From: Leptolyngbyaceae cyanobacterium | Lineage (GTDB): Bacteria; Cyanobacteriota; Cyanobacteriia; Phormidesmidales; Phormidesmidaceae | NCBI GenBank assembly: GCA_965263355.1 | Contig: CBDHHL010000048.1 | Location: 64,001 to 128,000, forward strand | DNA length: 64,000 bases | Direction: 5' to 3' | Part shown: positions 10,897 through 20,151 of the stretch, one piece after another | Numbering within the stretch: the stretch's first letter is position 1 | How the letters are laid out: each line of letters begins with the position of its first letter | Position numbers and translations under genes: made by a program | Notes under the pieces: model-generated | Database searches by the model: none | Told to the model about the DNA's origin: nothing | The model's input: the letters and a program-made list of their open reading frames with translations, nothing else

Positions 10897-11073
10897 TCAC
10901 CGTGTCAGATAAGCCAAACCAATCAGAAATCCGAGTAACCCCGTAGCAGTTAGAAAAAAGTGGAATAAGGATTTCCCACCCTTCTTGACCATGTTACGCA
11001 TGGCTAACTTGATATAGCTAGGTGCAGGTTCCTGAGATTGAGCGTCGATGGAGGGAGGAGGAGAATGGGACAT
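10897..11073 (-). CDS. DUF3285-like small membrane protein (58 aa)
   Basis: Manual translation MSHSPPPSIDAQSQEPAPSYIKLAMRNMVKKGGKSLFHFFLTATGLLGFLIGLAYLTR; PSYxKLAMRNMV motif; usual position between prfB and ybeY. Confidence 0.85.
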   Translation of the reverse strand: MSHSPPPSIDAQSQEPAPSYIKLAMRNMVKKGGKSLFHFFLTATGLLGFLIGLAYLTR

Positions 11074-11175
11074 GGTACTTATTAAAAATAGGTTTAAGAC
11101 TCAAAAAAACACCCTTGAAACTTTATTCATGTGTTTTATTAAGTAATGTATCAGCTCTGCTGGGCATCGGGCGGA

Positions 11176-12301
11176 CTATACGATGTTTTCTTGAGTGATT
11201 TGGTTTTCCTGTTGCAGAACGGCCTCGATGAATGGGTCGAGGTCACCATTCATAACATCGTCAATAGCAGTGGTTTCAATGTTTGTCCGCAGGTCTTTAA
11301 CCATTTGATAGGGATGAAAGACATAGTTGCGAATTTGATTACCCCAGGCAGCTTCTACCATGTCACCACGAATGTCTGCTACAGCTTGGGCCTGTTGTTC
11401 TTGGGCGATCACAAGTAATTTAGCTTTGAGTAAAGCCATGGCCTTTTCGCGATTTTGTAGTTGCGATCGCTCCTGAGTACACCGCACTGACAGCCCTGTC
11501 GGCAAATGGGTAATCCGCACCGCTGTCTCTACTTTATTCACATTTTGACCACCGGCCCCCCCGGAACGCGATGTCTTGATTTCCAGATCTTTATCAGGGA
11601 TATCTAGCTCAATACTGTCATCCAATACTGGCATCACTTCAATGCCAGCAAAACTAGTCTGACGCTTGCCATTAGCGTTAAACGGAGAAATACGAACTAG
11701 CCGATGAGTGCCCTTTTCTGCCTTTAAATACCCATAGGCATAGCGCCCATCAATTTCTAAAGTAGCTGACTTCAGCCCAGCTTCATCTCCCTTAGATTCT
11801 TCAACCAGCCTGATACTGTAATCATGCTGTTCACACCAACGGGTATACATCCTCAGCAGCATTTCTGCCCAGTCCTGAGCATCCGTCCCGCCAGCACCAG
11901 CATTGATGGTCACTACAGCACTGTTTTTATCGTAAGGGCCAGATAAAAGCTGCTGTAGCTCCCACTGATCTAGAGCCTTAGCAAGGGTCTGGGCCGTTTC
12001 TTGGGCTTCGGTTAAAAGGGCCGAATCAGACTCTACTTCCAGTAGTTCTGCAATAGTTTGCAGATCGCCGAGTTGGGTATTCCAAGTATTGAGCTGTTCC
12101 AAATAGGACTTATATTCATTCAGCGTCTGTAGAGTCTTCTGCGCTTGTTCTTGGTTATCCCAAAAATCCGATTGAGCAGCTACCTGCTCTAGATCATCAA
12201 TTTTCGCTTGAATGGCAGGCAGGTCAAAGATACTCCTGAGCTTTGCCCAGGCGATTATTAAGCAGATCACTTTCGCGTTTGAGGTCAGACAGATCTAACA
12301 T
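11176..12301 (-). CDS. prfB: Peptide chain release factor 2, expressed via programmed +1 frameshift
   Basis: ATG 12301 gives 25 codons ending CTT TGA C; the +1 frame carries the SPF and GGQ motifs. Confidence 0.96.
12223..12237 (-). promoter_or_regulatory. RF2 frameshift cassette
   Basis: Minus strand reads AGGAG-TAT-CTT-TGA-C (internal SD 12233-12237, slippery site 12223-12229). Confidence 0.93.
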
Positions 12302-12397
12302 GAGGTGATTGGCATTAGGCAATGAGTGCCATTGAGTCTTAGCTTGTTAATTCTATAATGTCACCCGCAGTTCGATTTGACCGTCAATTTATCCCTT

Positions 12398-13027
12398 ATG
12401 GCTCTTTCTTCTAAGCTTTGGCAAGATTACCTAGACTTGGCCAATGAGAGCCTTGCTCATCCATTTGTGCAAGGTATTGCAGATGGCACATTGCCCAAAG
12501 CAAACTTTGCATATTACGTGGGCCAGGACGCGTTCTTTCTAGAAGCCTTTGCCCGAGCCTATAGCATTGCAGCAGCAAAATCCCCTACCTGGGAGAGTTT
12601 TAATGTATTCCACGATTTAGCTGCCGGGGTGTTATCAGAATTAAAGCTACACCAAAGTTATGCCCAGACCTGGAATGTAGATTTGGCCCAGGTAAGCCCA
12701 GACAAATCCACACGGCAGTATACAGACTTTTTACTGGCAACGGCCTGGAATCAACCCATTGGCATCACAGCTGTCGCCATGTCGCCATGCATGCGTCTAT
12801 ATGCCTATTTAGGTCAACAGCTTGCCAAAAATGGAATTCCCGAGCACGGCTATAAGGATTGGATCAGCACTTATAGTAGTGACTCGTTCGAACCTTTAGC
12901 TGCTCAGTTAGAAGCCATTGTAGATGAGTATGCAAGCGATAGTGAGCTAACTCGCTCCACCTACCGCTATGCCATGGTATGCGAGCGGGACTTTTTCCAA
13001 GCCGCATGGCAGTACCGAGAAGGTTGA
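12398..13027 (+). CDS. tenA: TenA family protein (thiaminase II / aminopyrimidine aminohydrolase)
   Basis: HPFVQG, YVGQDAFFL, PCMRLY with catalytic Cys, WISTYS, ExxFF. Confidence 0.85.
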   Translation: MALSSKLWQDYLDLANESLAHPFVQGIADGTLPKANFAYYVGQDAFFLEAFARAYSIAAAKSPTWESFNVFHDLAAGVLSELKLHQSYAQTWNVDLAQVSPDKSTRQYTDFLLATAWNQPIGITAVAMSPCMRLYAYLGQQLAKNGIPEHGYKDWISTYSSDSFEPLAAQLEAIVDEYASDSELTRSTYRYAMVCERDFFQAAWQYREG

Positions 13028-13128
13028 CTCAGAAGCAATACACAGCAGTTTACGTTCATGAACCTTTAACCAATACCTTAGGTCTCAGCCATAGACTTTG
13101 AGAAGTCAGGAGAGTCCTGCGCATCTGC

Positions 13129-13182
13129 TTTGATCCTATATCGCAGCAACTACAGAGTAATTTGCTGCGATATAGGATCAAA
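13129..13182. repeat. Perfect 21-bp inverted repeat with 12-nt loop; probable terminator for tenA
   Basis: TTTGATCCTATATCGCAGCAA (13129-13149) / TTGCTGCGATATAGGATCAAA (13162-13182). Confidence 0.85.
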
Positions 13183-13652
13183 TGAAATCTTTTTTGTGCA
13201 AACTCTGGCCAAACTTAATGAAATGCGCTTTTTGATTAGATCGCGAAAGGCCCCGATCCTATCGGGATAGAAGCTACGGTAATGTCGCTCGGCAATGTGC
13301 CATATTTAGATTTCTATAAATATGACTACAAATATGACTAAATCTTTTTACAAGACCATTAAGTCCACATTTCAAATGACATTAACATCAATGACTTGGA
13401 GGGGAAAGACGCCGAAATTACGGGCTGCGATCGCAACTACCTCCCTGCCTTCAGCAAAACTTTTCATCCCCTCAGTCAACTCATCAAAATCTCGTTACCT
13501 AGACCACTCAAACGAAGCCTGTAGCGTTATGAAATGGAGAATTAGATGCCTTTTGAGGTCCATACAGCTGCTTAAAATAGCCCTTAATTTCACTAACTGA
13601 TGTTTATCGCTGGCAGCGGAACTAAAGCAATGAAGAATAGCTGCAAATCCAT
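13130..13652 (-). pseudogene. Decayed 2'-5' RNA ligase family (2H phosphoesterase) gene; 3' end approximate
   Basis: Fragments in changing frames: MDLQLFFIALVPLPAI / SVSEIKGYFKQLYG..SPFH / ITLQASFEW..FGVFPLQVIDVNV..RSFYP....AFRDL / VWPEFAQK, with several stops and frameshifts. Confidence 0.72.
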
Positions 13653-13727
13653 AGACTAAGTAACTAATCTTCTTACACTATGTTTTTTAAGGCCTAGCTC
13701 AACAGTCGCTATCCCTAAACATTACTT

Positions 13728-13994
13728 ATGGTTTGGTTTGTAAAGATTGAACGTGGAATTGTCAATAAAGCTATATTTGACCAGTTCATACCTGCCCATG
13801 TGGCTTATGTCAACGATTTAATTGCCAAAGGTTACCAAGCCAAAACTGGTTATTGGGCTGAGCGTGGTGGCGGCATGCTGTTATTTCAAGCATCGTCCCT
13901 GGACGAAGCTGAAGCCATTGTCAAAGCTGATCCGTTGATTCAGAATGGCTGTGTCGATTACGAACTACACGAATGGTGTGTCGTTGTAGAATAG
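13728..13994 (+). CDS. YciI family protein
   Basis: AHVAYV, GGGMLLF, ADPLIQNG motifs. Confidence 0.82.
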   Translation: MVWFVKIERGIVNKAIFDQFIPAHVAYVNDLIAKGYQAKTGYWAERGGGMLLFQASSLDEAEAIVKADPLIQNGCVDYELHEWCVVVE

Positions 13995-14050
13995 TTCGCT
14001 ACAATAACAGGCTTGAGGAACCAGCACACAGTCATAACAATTAGCTCAGC

Positions 14051-14536
14051 ATGGCGAAAACAAATAAAAAATCCCAGCCCAGTGACGGATTCAAAGTCAT
14101 GGCTGACAATCGTCAGGCTCGCTTTACCTACGAAATTTTAGACAGCTATGAGGCTGGAATTGCATTGAAAGGCACCGAAGTCAAGTCTATTCGCGCTGGC
14201 AAAGTCAACCTAAGAGACGGCTATGCCCAGGTCAAAAACGGTGAAGTATGGTTACTGAATGTCCACATTTCTCCCCACGATATGACCAACCAAGCTTACA
14301 ATCACGATCCGCGCCGTCCTCGACGGTTACTCCTTCATAAGGCTGAAATTCGTAAGTTGATCGGCAAAGTGGAAGAAAAGGGCCTGACTCTAGTTCCATT
14401 AAAGCTCTATCTGAAAAAAGGACGCGTAAAAGTCAACATCGCCATTGGTCGTGGTAAAAAGCTCCACGATAAGCGTGAATCCCTAAAACAAAAGCAAGAA
14501 AAACGTGACATTGCTCGCATGACGAAAAATCGTTAG
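14051..14536 (+). CDS. smpB: SsrA-binding protein SmpB
   Basis: EAGIALKGTEVKS, RRLLLHKAEI, GKKLHDKRE. Confidence 0.96.
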   Translation: MAKTNKKSQPSDGFKVMADNRQARFTYEILDSYEAGIALKGTEVKSIRAGKVNLRDGYAQVKNGEVWLLNVHISPHDMTNQAYNHDPRRPRRLLLHKAEIRKLIGKVEEKGLTLVPLKLYLKKGRVKVNIAIGRGKKLHDKRESLKQKQEKRDIARMTKNR

Positions 14537-14901
14537 AGAAACACTAATTGATTTAGGTTTTTGCTATGCAGACACCTTGCAGATCCTCTAAGGTAATGCG
14601 TTTGGAGTAAGCACTAGTCTTCGGCAAAACGGCATTATCAAAAAAACTAATGGAATGTTCGTGATTTATCGCTGCGGGTCCTCCATTACAAAAATTCCAG
14701 CAAGTTCTTCCTTTTCCGGCTCAGCATCTACATTAACAACTTCCTAAGTCAAATAAATTCCGTCAATTAGAACAAAGGTTACCTGTAACCCTGGAGAAGA
14801 TAAAGGTTTTCGACCCTATCGTTAAACTAATGATTATCAGAAGCAATTTTGAAAATATTCTTGAAGTTATCTAAGTAAGTCAGTTACCACTAAACAAAGT
14901 A

Positions 14902-14946
14902 AAATTCCTCAAGAAATTAATTCGTAATTAATTTCTTGAGGAATTT
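14902..14946. repeat. Perfect AT-rich 21-bp inverted repeat with 3-nt loop
   Basis: AAATTCCTCAAGAAATTAATT-CGT-AATTAATTTCTTGAGGAATTT, between convergent smpB and sigF. Confidence 0.85.
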
Positions 14947-15004
14947 ATCTAATACAGTAATCCTACAAAGAAACATACTACTTGCTCTACAGCTCAATCT
15001 AATG

Positions 15005-15187
15005 TGATTTTTGAGAATCACCTCTAGCATCTGAGAGGAATTAAATTCTCGAAGTCTTCACAGGCTAAGCTAGATTGTTATAGCAATTGATTGTTATAGC
15101 AATTCAATTTGATTTGTGAGAGTCGTCTCTAGCTTCGAAAAGACATCAAAGTCTCAAAATATTCACAGACTAGGCCAAATTGCTATA
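15005..15187 (-). repeat. Degenerate direct repeat (about 80 bp, two copies) plus an exact 16-bp tandem duplication; possible TPR gene relic
   Basis: Copies start at 15005 and 15110 (TGATTTnTGAGA...CTCTAGC...TTCACAG...ATTGyTATA); GATTGTTATAGCAATT twice at 15073-15104. Confidence 0.5.
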
Positions 15188-15412
15188 TATATTTTTCACT
15201 TTGAGCTACTTTCAATAAATAGTTAAACATTCCCTCTAGGAAGCAAATAAGTAGTGCTAATACAGAAAACTTAAGAAATCAATTCAATAACTAGCATAAG
15301 AAAATAGCGACATGAAAAAACTCACGTCGCTATTCTAATCCTAGTTTAATTAATTCAATCCTGTCTGCTATTTGCAGCCTCTAAAGAGATGCTAGATGCT
15401 TATATGATGTGC

Positions 15413-16198
15413 TTACGGATCGGTTTGCAATGCCTGGGGTTGCAAATAGTTAATCATTTGGTCGACTCCCCGTTGAATACGACGAGTTACCGTCATCGGA
15501 CTCACTCCTATACGCTCAGCCACCTCCTTGCGCGAAAGCCCCTTAAAAAAGACAAATTCAATTGCCGAACGTGTCTTATCCTCTAACTGACTAAGTGCTC
15601 TTTGTACTTGCTGACGATCTTCTTCCAGGGATTGCAAAAGCTGATAATGCATATCAGGCAAAGTATCTCCCAGCGTGATAGTTGAGTCAGTTTGATGGCA
15701 AACAGTGGCATCCAAACTGAGTGGCATCCGATTCTTATTTGCCATCTTTACCTGACGCCACTCCTTGACTGAAATGCAAAGCGCTTCAGCCATTTCATAA
15801 TCAGACGGTTGGCGACCATAGCGACGCAGTAAATCAGCTTGCAACTTCTGACTAGCCTTCTGCAAATCTTGCCAACGACGAGGTATTTTAACTGTAGAGC
15901 CCCGATCCCTTAAAAAGTGAAGCATCTCACCGCGAATATAGGGAACGGCAAAAGAACTAAACGCACATCCTTGACTTGGATCAAACCGTTCGATCGCTCG
16001 GATTAAACCTAGGTAACCAATTTGCTCCAGGTCTTCATAGGGTTCAGCGCACTGATGACTGACACGATGCGCTATTTTTCGTACTAAACCTGCATTTAAA
16101 CGGACTAAATCATTACGCAACTTGATTGATGGCTTTTGTTTATATGCCATCAGCATCTCCATCCCACGAGAGCGAAGCGATGAGGTTTGAGTAGCCAT
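15413..16198 (-). CDS. sigF: Group 3 RNA polymerase sigma factor SigF
   Basis: EPYEDLEQIGYLGLIRAIERF, FAVPYIRGEMLHFLRD, region-4 HTH GVSPMTVTRR. Confidence 0.92.
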   Translation of the reverse strand: MATQTSSLRSRGMEMLMAYKQKPSIKLRNDLVRLNAGLVRKIAHRVSHQCAEPYEDLEQIGYLGLIRAIERFDPSQGCAFSSFAVPYIRGEMLHFLRDRGSTVKIPRRWQDLQKASQKLQADLLRRYGRQPSDYEMAEALCISVKEWRQVKMANKNRMPLSLDATVCHQTDSTITLGDTLPDMHYQLLQSLEEDRQQVQRALSQLEDKTRSAIEFVFFKGLSRKEVAERIGVSPMTVTRRIQRGVDQMINYLQPQALQTDP

Positions 16199-16827
16199 AG
16201 TGTGCTAAATATCCTGTGTCAGGGCGTTAAATCGTGATTTAAGTACATTGTCGGGATGTTGACTTAAGCACACCATCGTTGGATTACGGGACTCGGTCTA
16301 TAAATTTCCCAAGAGTCTCCGTGCATTCACTCTGGCTGTTTAAAATGTTACTTTGTTCTAGATCTCTCAAATGCACATGGCAACGCGCATTGATGATACT
16401 TAATCAGCAAGTTTTCGTAGACATTAAAAAGTCACAACAAATTATCTTGGTGTAATTTGTTTCTCGTATAAGTTGGTTTGCACTGTCAAAGCCTAAAGCC
16501 TATTAGTAGCTTAATAAGCAGTCTAAATCTTTAGAATTTTTTCGGGATTCCTGTCAAAATTTTTGGCTCTACCTGTCTCAATATGCAAGCCGTGGTGTAA
16601 ATACTTGAAACCTATTCAAAATAAGAGCTTCAGTGTTTTGAGATGGACTAAAATGTTCGCTACAAACATCAGCATACAGGGATTGGTAGACCCAAATTTT
16701 TATACGTATTTTTGTATGGAATAATGAGCTTATGCTCTTAGAGCAAATAAAAGGCTATGTAAACCCTGTGCACCAACTAAGTAGCAGAAATGTTGAGAGA
16801 ACTGTACATCGACACCTGCTTAAGGTG

Positions 16828-17658
16828 CTAGCAAAGAAAATCTCTGATCAATGATAAATAGGTGTTTTCATCTTCCAACATAGGAAAATGGCCTGTTTCT
16901 GGCACTTCCACATACTTAATCTTTTCACTTAAGGATGCTGCCTTACGTCCCAATTCAGCAGGGGTAATTTTGTCGTATTGCCCAGATATCATCAGAGTCG
17001 GCACATTAATCGCTGCAAACGCTGTAGGCATCTTCTCCGTGGCATGTTTACTTACCGAAGCCTTTAAGGTTTCCAGAGCAGTCATTGTGTCAGCCTGCAA
17101 GAAATCATTGAGAAATATTTTTTTGTCTAGGTAAGGAATTGGCCTCTTTAGAAACCTCGACATGAATATATGAGGCACTAATGGAATATATGCCAGCCAT
17201 AATGGCCGAAACATCACTACATAGCTACCAAACTGATGAAATGCTTTGAAAGCAAGCTCATCATACTCAAAGGAGCCGTTGCACGTAAGAATTGCCTTAT
17301 CAACTCGTTGGGCAAAGCAATTGAGAAAGTAAAGTGCTACTGACGCACCCATAGAGTGAGCAATAATCAACACACGTTCTAACTTCAAGATCGTTAACAA
17401 ACGCTCAAGATCGTCAGCAAAGCTTTCTAAGCTGCCTAACTCGGCTTTCGTATTCAATGCATTTGCAGAGCGCCCAAACCCTCGCAAATCGTATAATAAA
17501 CAGTCAAATTCATGTTTCATTGCATGGGCTGTTTTTTCCCAATAACGAGCTGAGCCCCCCCAACCATGTAGAAAAACCAAAGGTGGGCGATGCCCCTGCG
17601 GACCATCACAAATCCATTCATAGTAATGATCAACCCCATTAAGCGTTATGTAGGCCAT
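16828..17658 (-). CDS. Alpha/beta fold hydrolase
   Basis: HGWGG oxyanion loop, YDLRGFGRS, AHSMG nucleophile, GHFPMLE; ATG 17658 preferred. Confidence 0.85.
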   Translation of the reverse strand: MAYITLNGVDHYYEWICDGPQGHRPPLVFLHGWGGSARYWEKTAHAMKHEFDCLLYDLRGFGRSANALNTKAELGSLESFADDLERLLTILKLERVLIIAHSMGASVALYFLNCFAQRVDKAILTCNGSFEYDELAFKAFHQFGSYVVMFRPLWLAYIPLVPHIFMSRFLKRPIPYLDKKIFLNDFLQADTMTALETLKASVSKHATEKMPTAFAAINVPTLMISGQYDKITPAELGRKAASLSEKIKYVEVPETGHFPMLEDENTYLSLIRDFLC

Positions 17659-17808
17659 ACAAGTTCCCTTAGCCAATCAACACTCTATAAAGAGTTGCAT
17701 TCCAAAGCAGCAAAACGCTGAAATCACCAGTTTTAATTAAACCTTGTACACATCCAAACAATCATTTCTCCATAGAAGAAAACCTACAGGTTCCAACTTG
17801 GACATGGT

Positions 17809-19155
17809 TTAAGCAGATTCTGGCTTAGGCAATGAAGAAGGATGCAACAACAACTCCGCAGTAGATCGTTTCTCTACCATTTCTCGAGTGATATGAAAGC
17901 GCTTCATGTCTTTTCTTGAAGGTAGCTCATACATAACATCCAGCATAATTTCTTCAATTATGCTGCGTAGTGCTCGCGCACCAGTTTTGCGTCGATACCC
18001 TTCCTGAGCAATAGCCCGAATAGCATCTGGCTTGAACTCAAGATTAACATTATCCATCAGCATCAGCTTCTGAAATTGTTTAACCAGGGCATTTTTGGGC
18101 TCTGTCAAAATAGCCATCAAAGCTTCTTCGTCAAGAGGATTAAGTACGGATATAGCCGGTATTCGACCGATAAATTCCGGAATCATTCCAAACTTGACGA
18201 TATCATCAGCTTCTAAATTTTTCAGCACATCAGCTGCTCGCCTATCACGATTAAACTGCGTCTGCGGCTCACCCGACCCTTGAACAAAGCCCATCGACTT
18301 TTTGCCAATACGCTGCTCGATAATTTTCTCTAGACCAACAAATGCACCACCACAAATAAATAAAATGTTACTGGTATCGATTTGAATACAATCTTGATAA
18401 GGATGTTTACGACCACCTTGAGGGGGCACATTAGCAATAGTCCCCTCAAGCATCTTTAACAACGCCTGCTGAACACCTTCACCAGATACATCTCGGGTGA
18501 TAGATGGGTTTTCACTTTTGCGAGCAATTTTATCAATTTCATCAATGTAGATGATACCTCGCTGCGCCTCTTCAACATCTAAATCTGCAACTTGTAAAAG
18601 TCTTAGCAGAATATTTTCAACATCTTCACCAACGTAACCTGCCTCAGTTAGCGTAGTGGCATCGGCAACAGCAAATGGAACATCTAAAATCTTTGCCAAT
18701 GTCTGAGCTAACAACGTTTTACCTGACCCCGTTGGACCAATCAGTAAAATATTAGACTTTTGCAGCTCTACGCTATCCTCTCCGGGATCCCCTCCCGATT
18801 GAACATAACTCAGACGCTTATAGTGGTTATAAACTGCGACAGAAAGTACTTTTTTAGCCTCAGTTTGACCAATGACATGCTCATCTAAGTATGCCTTAAT
18901 TTCTCTAGGCTTAGGAATCTGACTCAGGGAAATATGAGATGGAGACTTGCGGCTACGCTCAGGCTGCTGCTCTCGTCGAGGCGCAGGAGGAGTAACGGCG
19001 GAGCTAGAATCAAACAACTCCTCATCTAAAATTTCATTACAAAGATCAACACACTCATCACAGATATAAACTCCTGGACCAGCAATTAGCTTTCGCACTT
19101 GCTCCTGGGACTTACCGCAAAAGGAACATTTAAGATGGGAGTCATATTTAGACAT
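17809..19155 (-). CDS. clpX: ATP-dependent Clp protease ATP-binding subunit ClpX
   Basis: C4 zinc finger, [29 protein letters not shown]. Confidence 0.97.
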   Translation of the reverse strand: MSKYDSHLKCSFCGKSQEQVRKLIAGPGVYICDECVDLCNEILDEELFDSSSAVTPPAPRREQQPERSRKSPSHISLSQIPKPREIKAYLDEHVIGQTEAKKVLSVAVYNHYKRLSYVQSGGDPGEDSVELQKSNILLIGPTGSGKTLLAQTLAKILDVPFAVADATTLTEAGYVGEDVENILLRLLQVADLDVEEAQRGIIYIDEIDKIARKSENPSITRDVSGEGVQQALLKMLEGTIANVPPQGGRKHPYQDCIQIDTSNILFICGGAFVGLEKIIEQRIGKKSMGFVQGSGEPQTQFNRDRRAADVLKNLEADDIVKFGMIPEFIGRIPAISVLNPLDEEALMAILTEPKNALVKQFQKLMLMDNVNLEFKPDAIRAIAQEGYRRKTGARALRSIIEEIMLDVMYELPSRKDMKRFHITREMVEKRSTAELLLHPSSLPKPESA

Positions 19156-19167
19156 ATCAGCCCTAAC

Positions 19168-19869
19168 CTAGTGCGTTGACATCAAATTGGCGGCAGCATC
19201 ACGAGAAATAACAGTGTCAATCAAGCCATAGTCTGCTGCTTCAGTAGCAGACATGAAGAAATCACGCTCGGTATCTTCCGCAATTCTGTCCAAAGGCTGC
19301 CCAGTATGACCAGCCAATAACTCATTTAGACGTTGCTTCAGATACAGAATTTCTCGCGCTTGAATCTCAATATCAACAGCTTGCCCTTGGGCTCCACCCA
19401 AGGGCTGGTGAATCATAATACGGGAGCTTGGCAAGGCCATACGCTTTCCCCTAGCCCCACCAGACAACAAAAATGCTCCCATGCTAGCAGCTAATCCAAA
19501 ACAGATCGTGACAACATCTGGACGAATTTGCTGCATCGTATCGTAGATAGCCATACCTGCTGTTATTGAGCCCCCTGGAGAATTGATATAGATCTGAACA
19601 TCCTTTTCAGGGTCTTCAGCGTCCAAATATAGCAACTGAGCCACAATTGAATCAGCCAAAGTATCATCTACACCACTGCCAAGAAAAACGATACGTTCCC
19701 TTAACAACCGTGAATATATATCAAAAACACGTTCACCCCGCCCAGATTGCTCTAGCACCACAGGCAGCATCATATTGTTCGCTCTGTCAATGCCCGCAGT
19801 AGACAAACTGTGACCATATAAATCTGGCAACGTTTTACTGTGGTAGGAATGAGACATAAATGAGTACAT
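19168..19869 (-). CDS. clpP: Clp protease proteolytic subunit (ClpP2-type, exact start uncertain)
   Basis: [26 protein letters not shown]; tig-clpP-clpX order. Confidence 0.95.
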   Translation of the reverse strand: MYSFMSHSYHSKTLPDLYGHSLSTAGIDRANNMMLPVVLEQSGRGERVFDIYSRLLRERIVFLGSGVDDTLADSIVAQLLYLDAEDPEKDVQIYINSPGGSITAGMAIYDTMQQIRPDVVTICFGLAASMGAFLLSGGARGKRMALPSSRIMIHQPLGGAQGQAVDIEIQAREILYLKQRLNELLAGHTGQPLDRIAEDTERDFFMSATEAADYGLIDTVISRDAAANLMSTH

Positions 19870-20151
19870 ATCTAGCTAACAGGGCATTCATACATTATTA
19901 TGCCTCACACATTCACTGAAATGCGTTTAGGTGACGGCAACCATACTCTAGCGAAAACCAACCAATTTCAACAGTCAATAACCAGGATTTTTTGAAATCC
20001 TTTAACTACACTTTCGGAAGGCATGGTTACACCCCCCTTTACCAGCACTAACACCTGAATTCAGTCACCTTTTATCTCTAAAAGAATTTGATCGGCTTGA
20101 ACGCAAGACAAAGATTTATGAACTATAGCTGCTCATTCATACAAATGCCCA

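Noticed and set aside
12230..12270. Track start of prfB (MICLIIAW...)
   Set aside because: Artefact of the programmed frameshift; the real start is ATG 12301 in another frame
12302..12397. TPP riboswitch upstream of tenA
   Set aside because: The spacer is under 100 nt, shared with the prfB promoter, and lacks the TPP aptamer core motifs
13322..13600. 92-aa plus-strand ORF from the track
   Set aside because: It is the antisense of the 2H-phosphoesterase pseudogene and shows no recognisable motif
14537..15412. tmRNA (ssrA) next to smpB
   Set aside because: No GGGGC 5' end, tRNA-like 3' arm or tag-peptide reading frame found in the AT-rich spacer
19903..19910. GTGTGAGG on the clpP strand, complementary to the Yfr1 motif
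   Set aside because: An 8-nt match is expected by chance in a window this size, and it lies upstream of a likely CATAAT -10 box, so it may be absent from the clpP transcript
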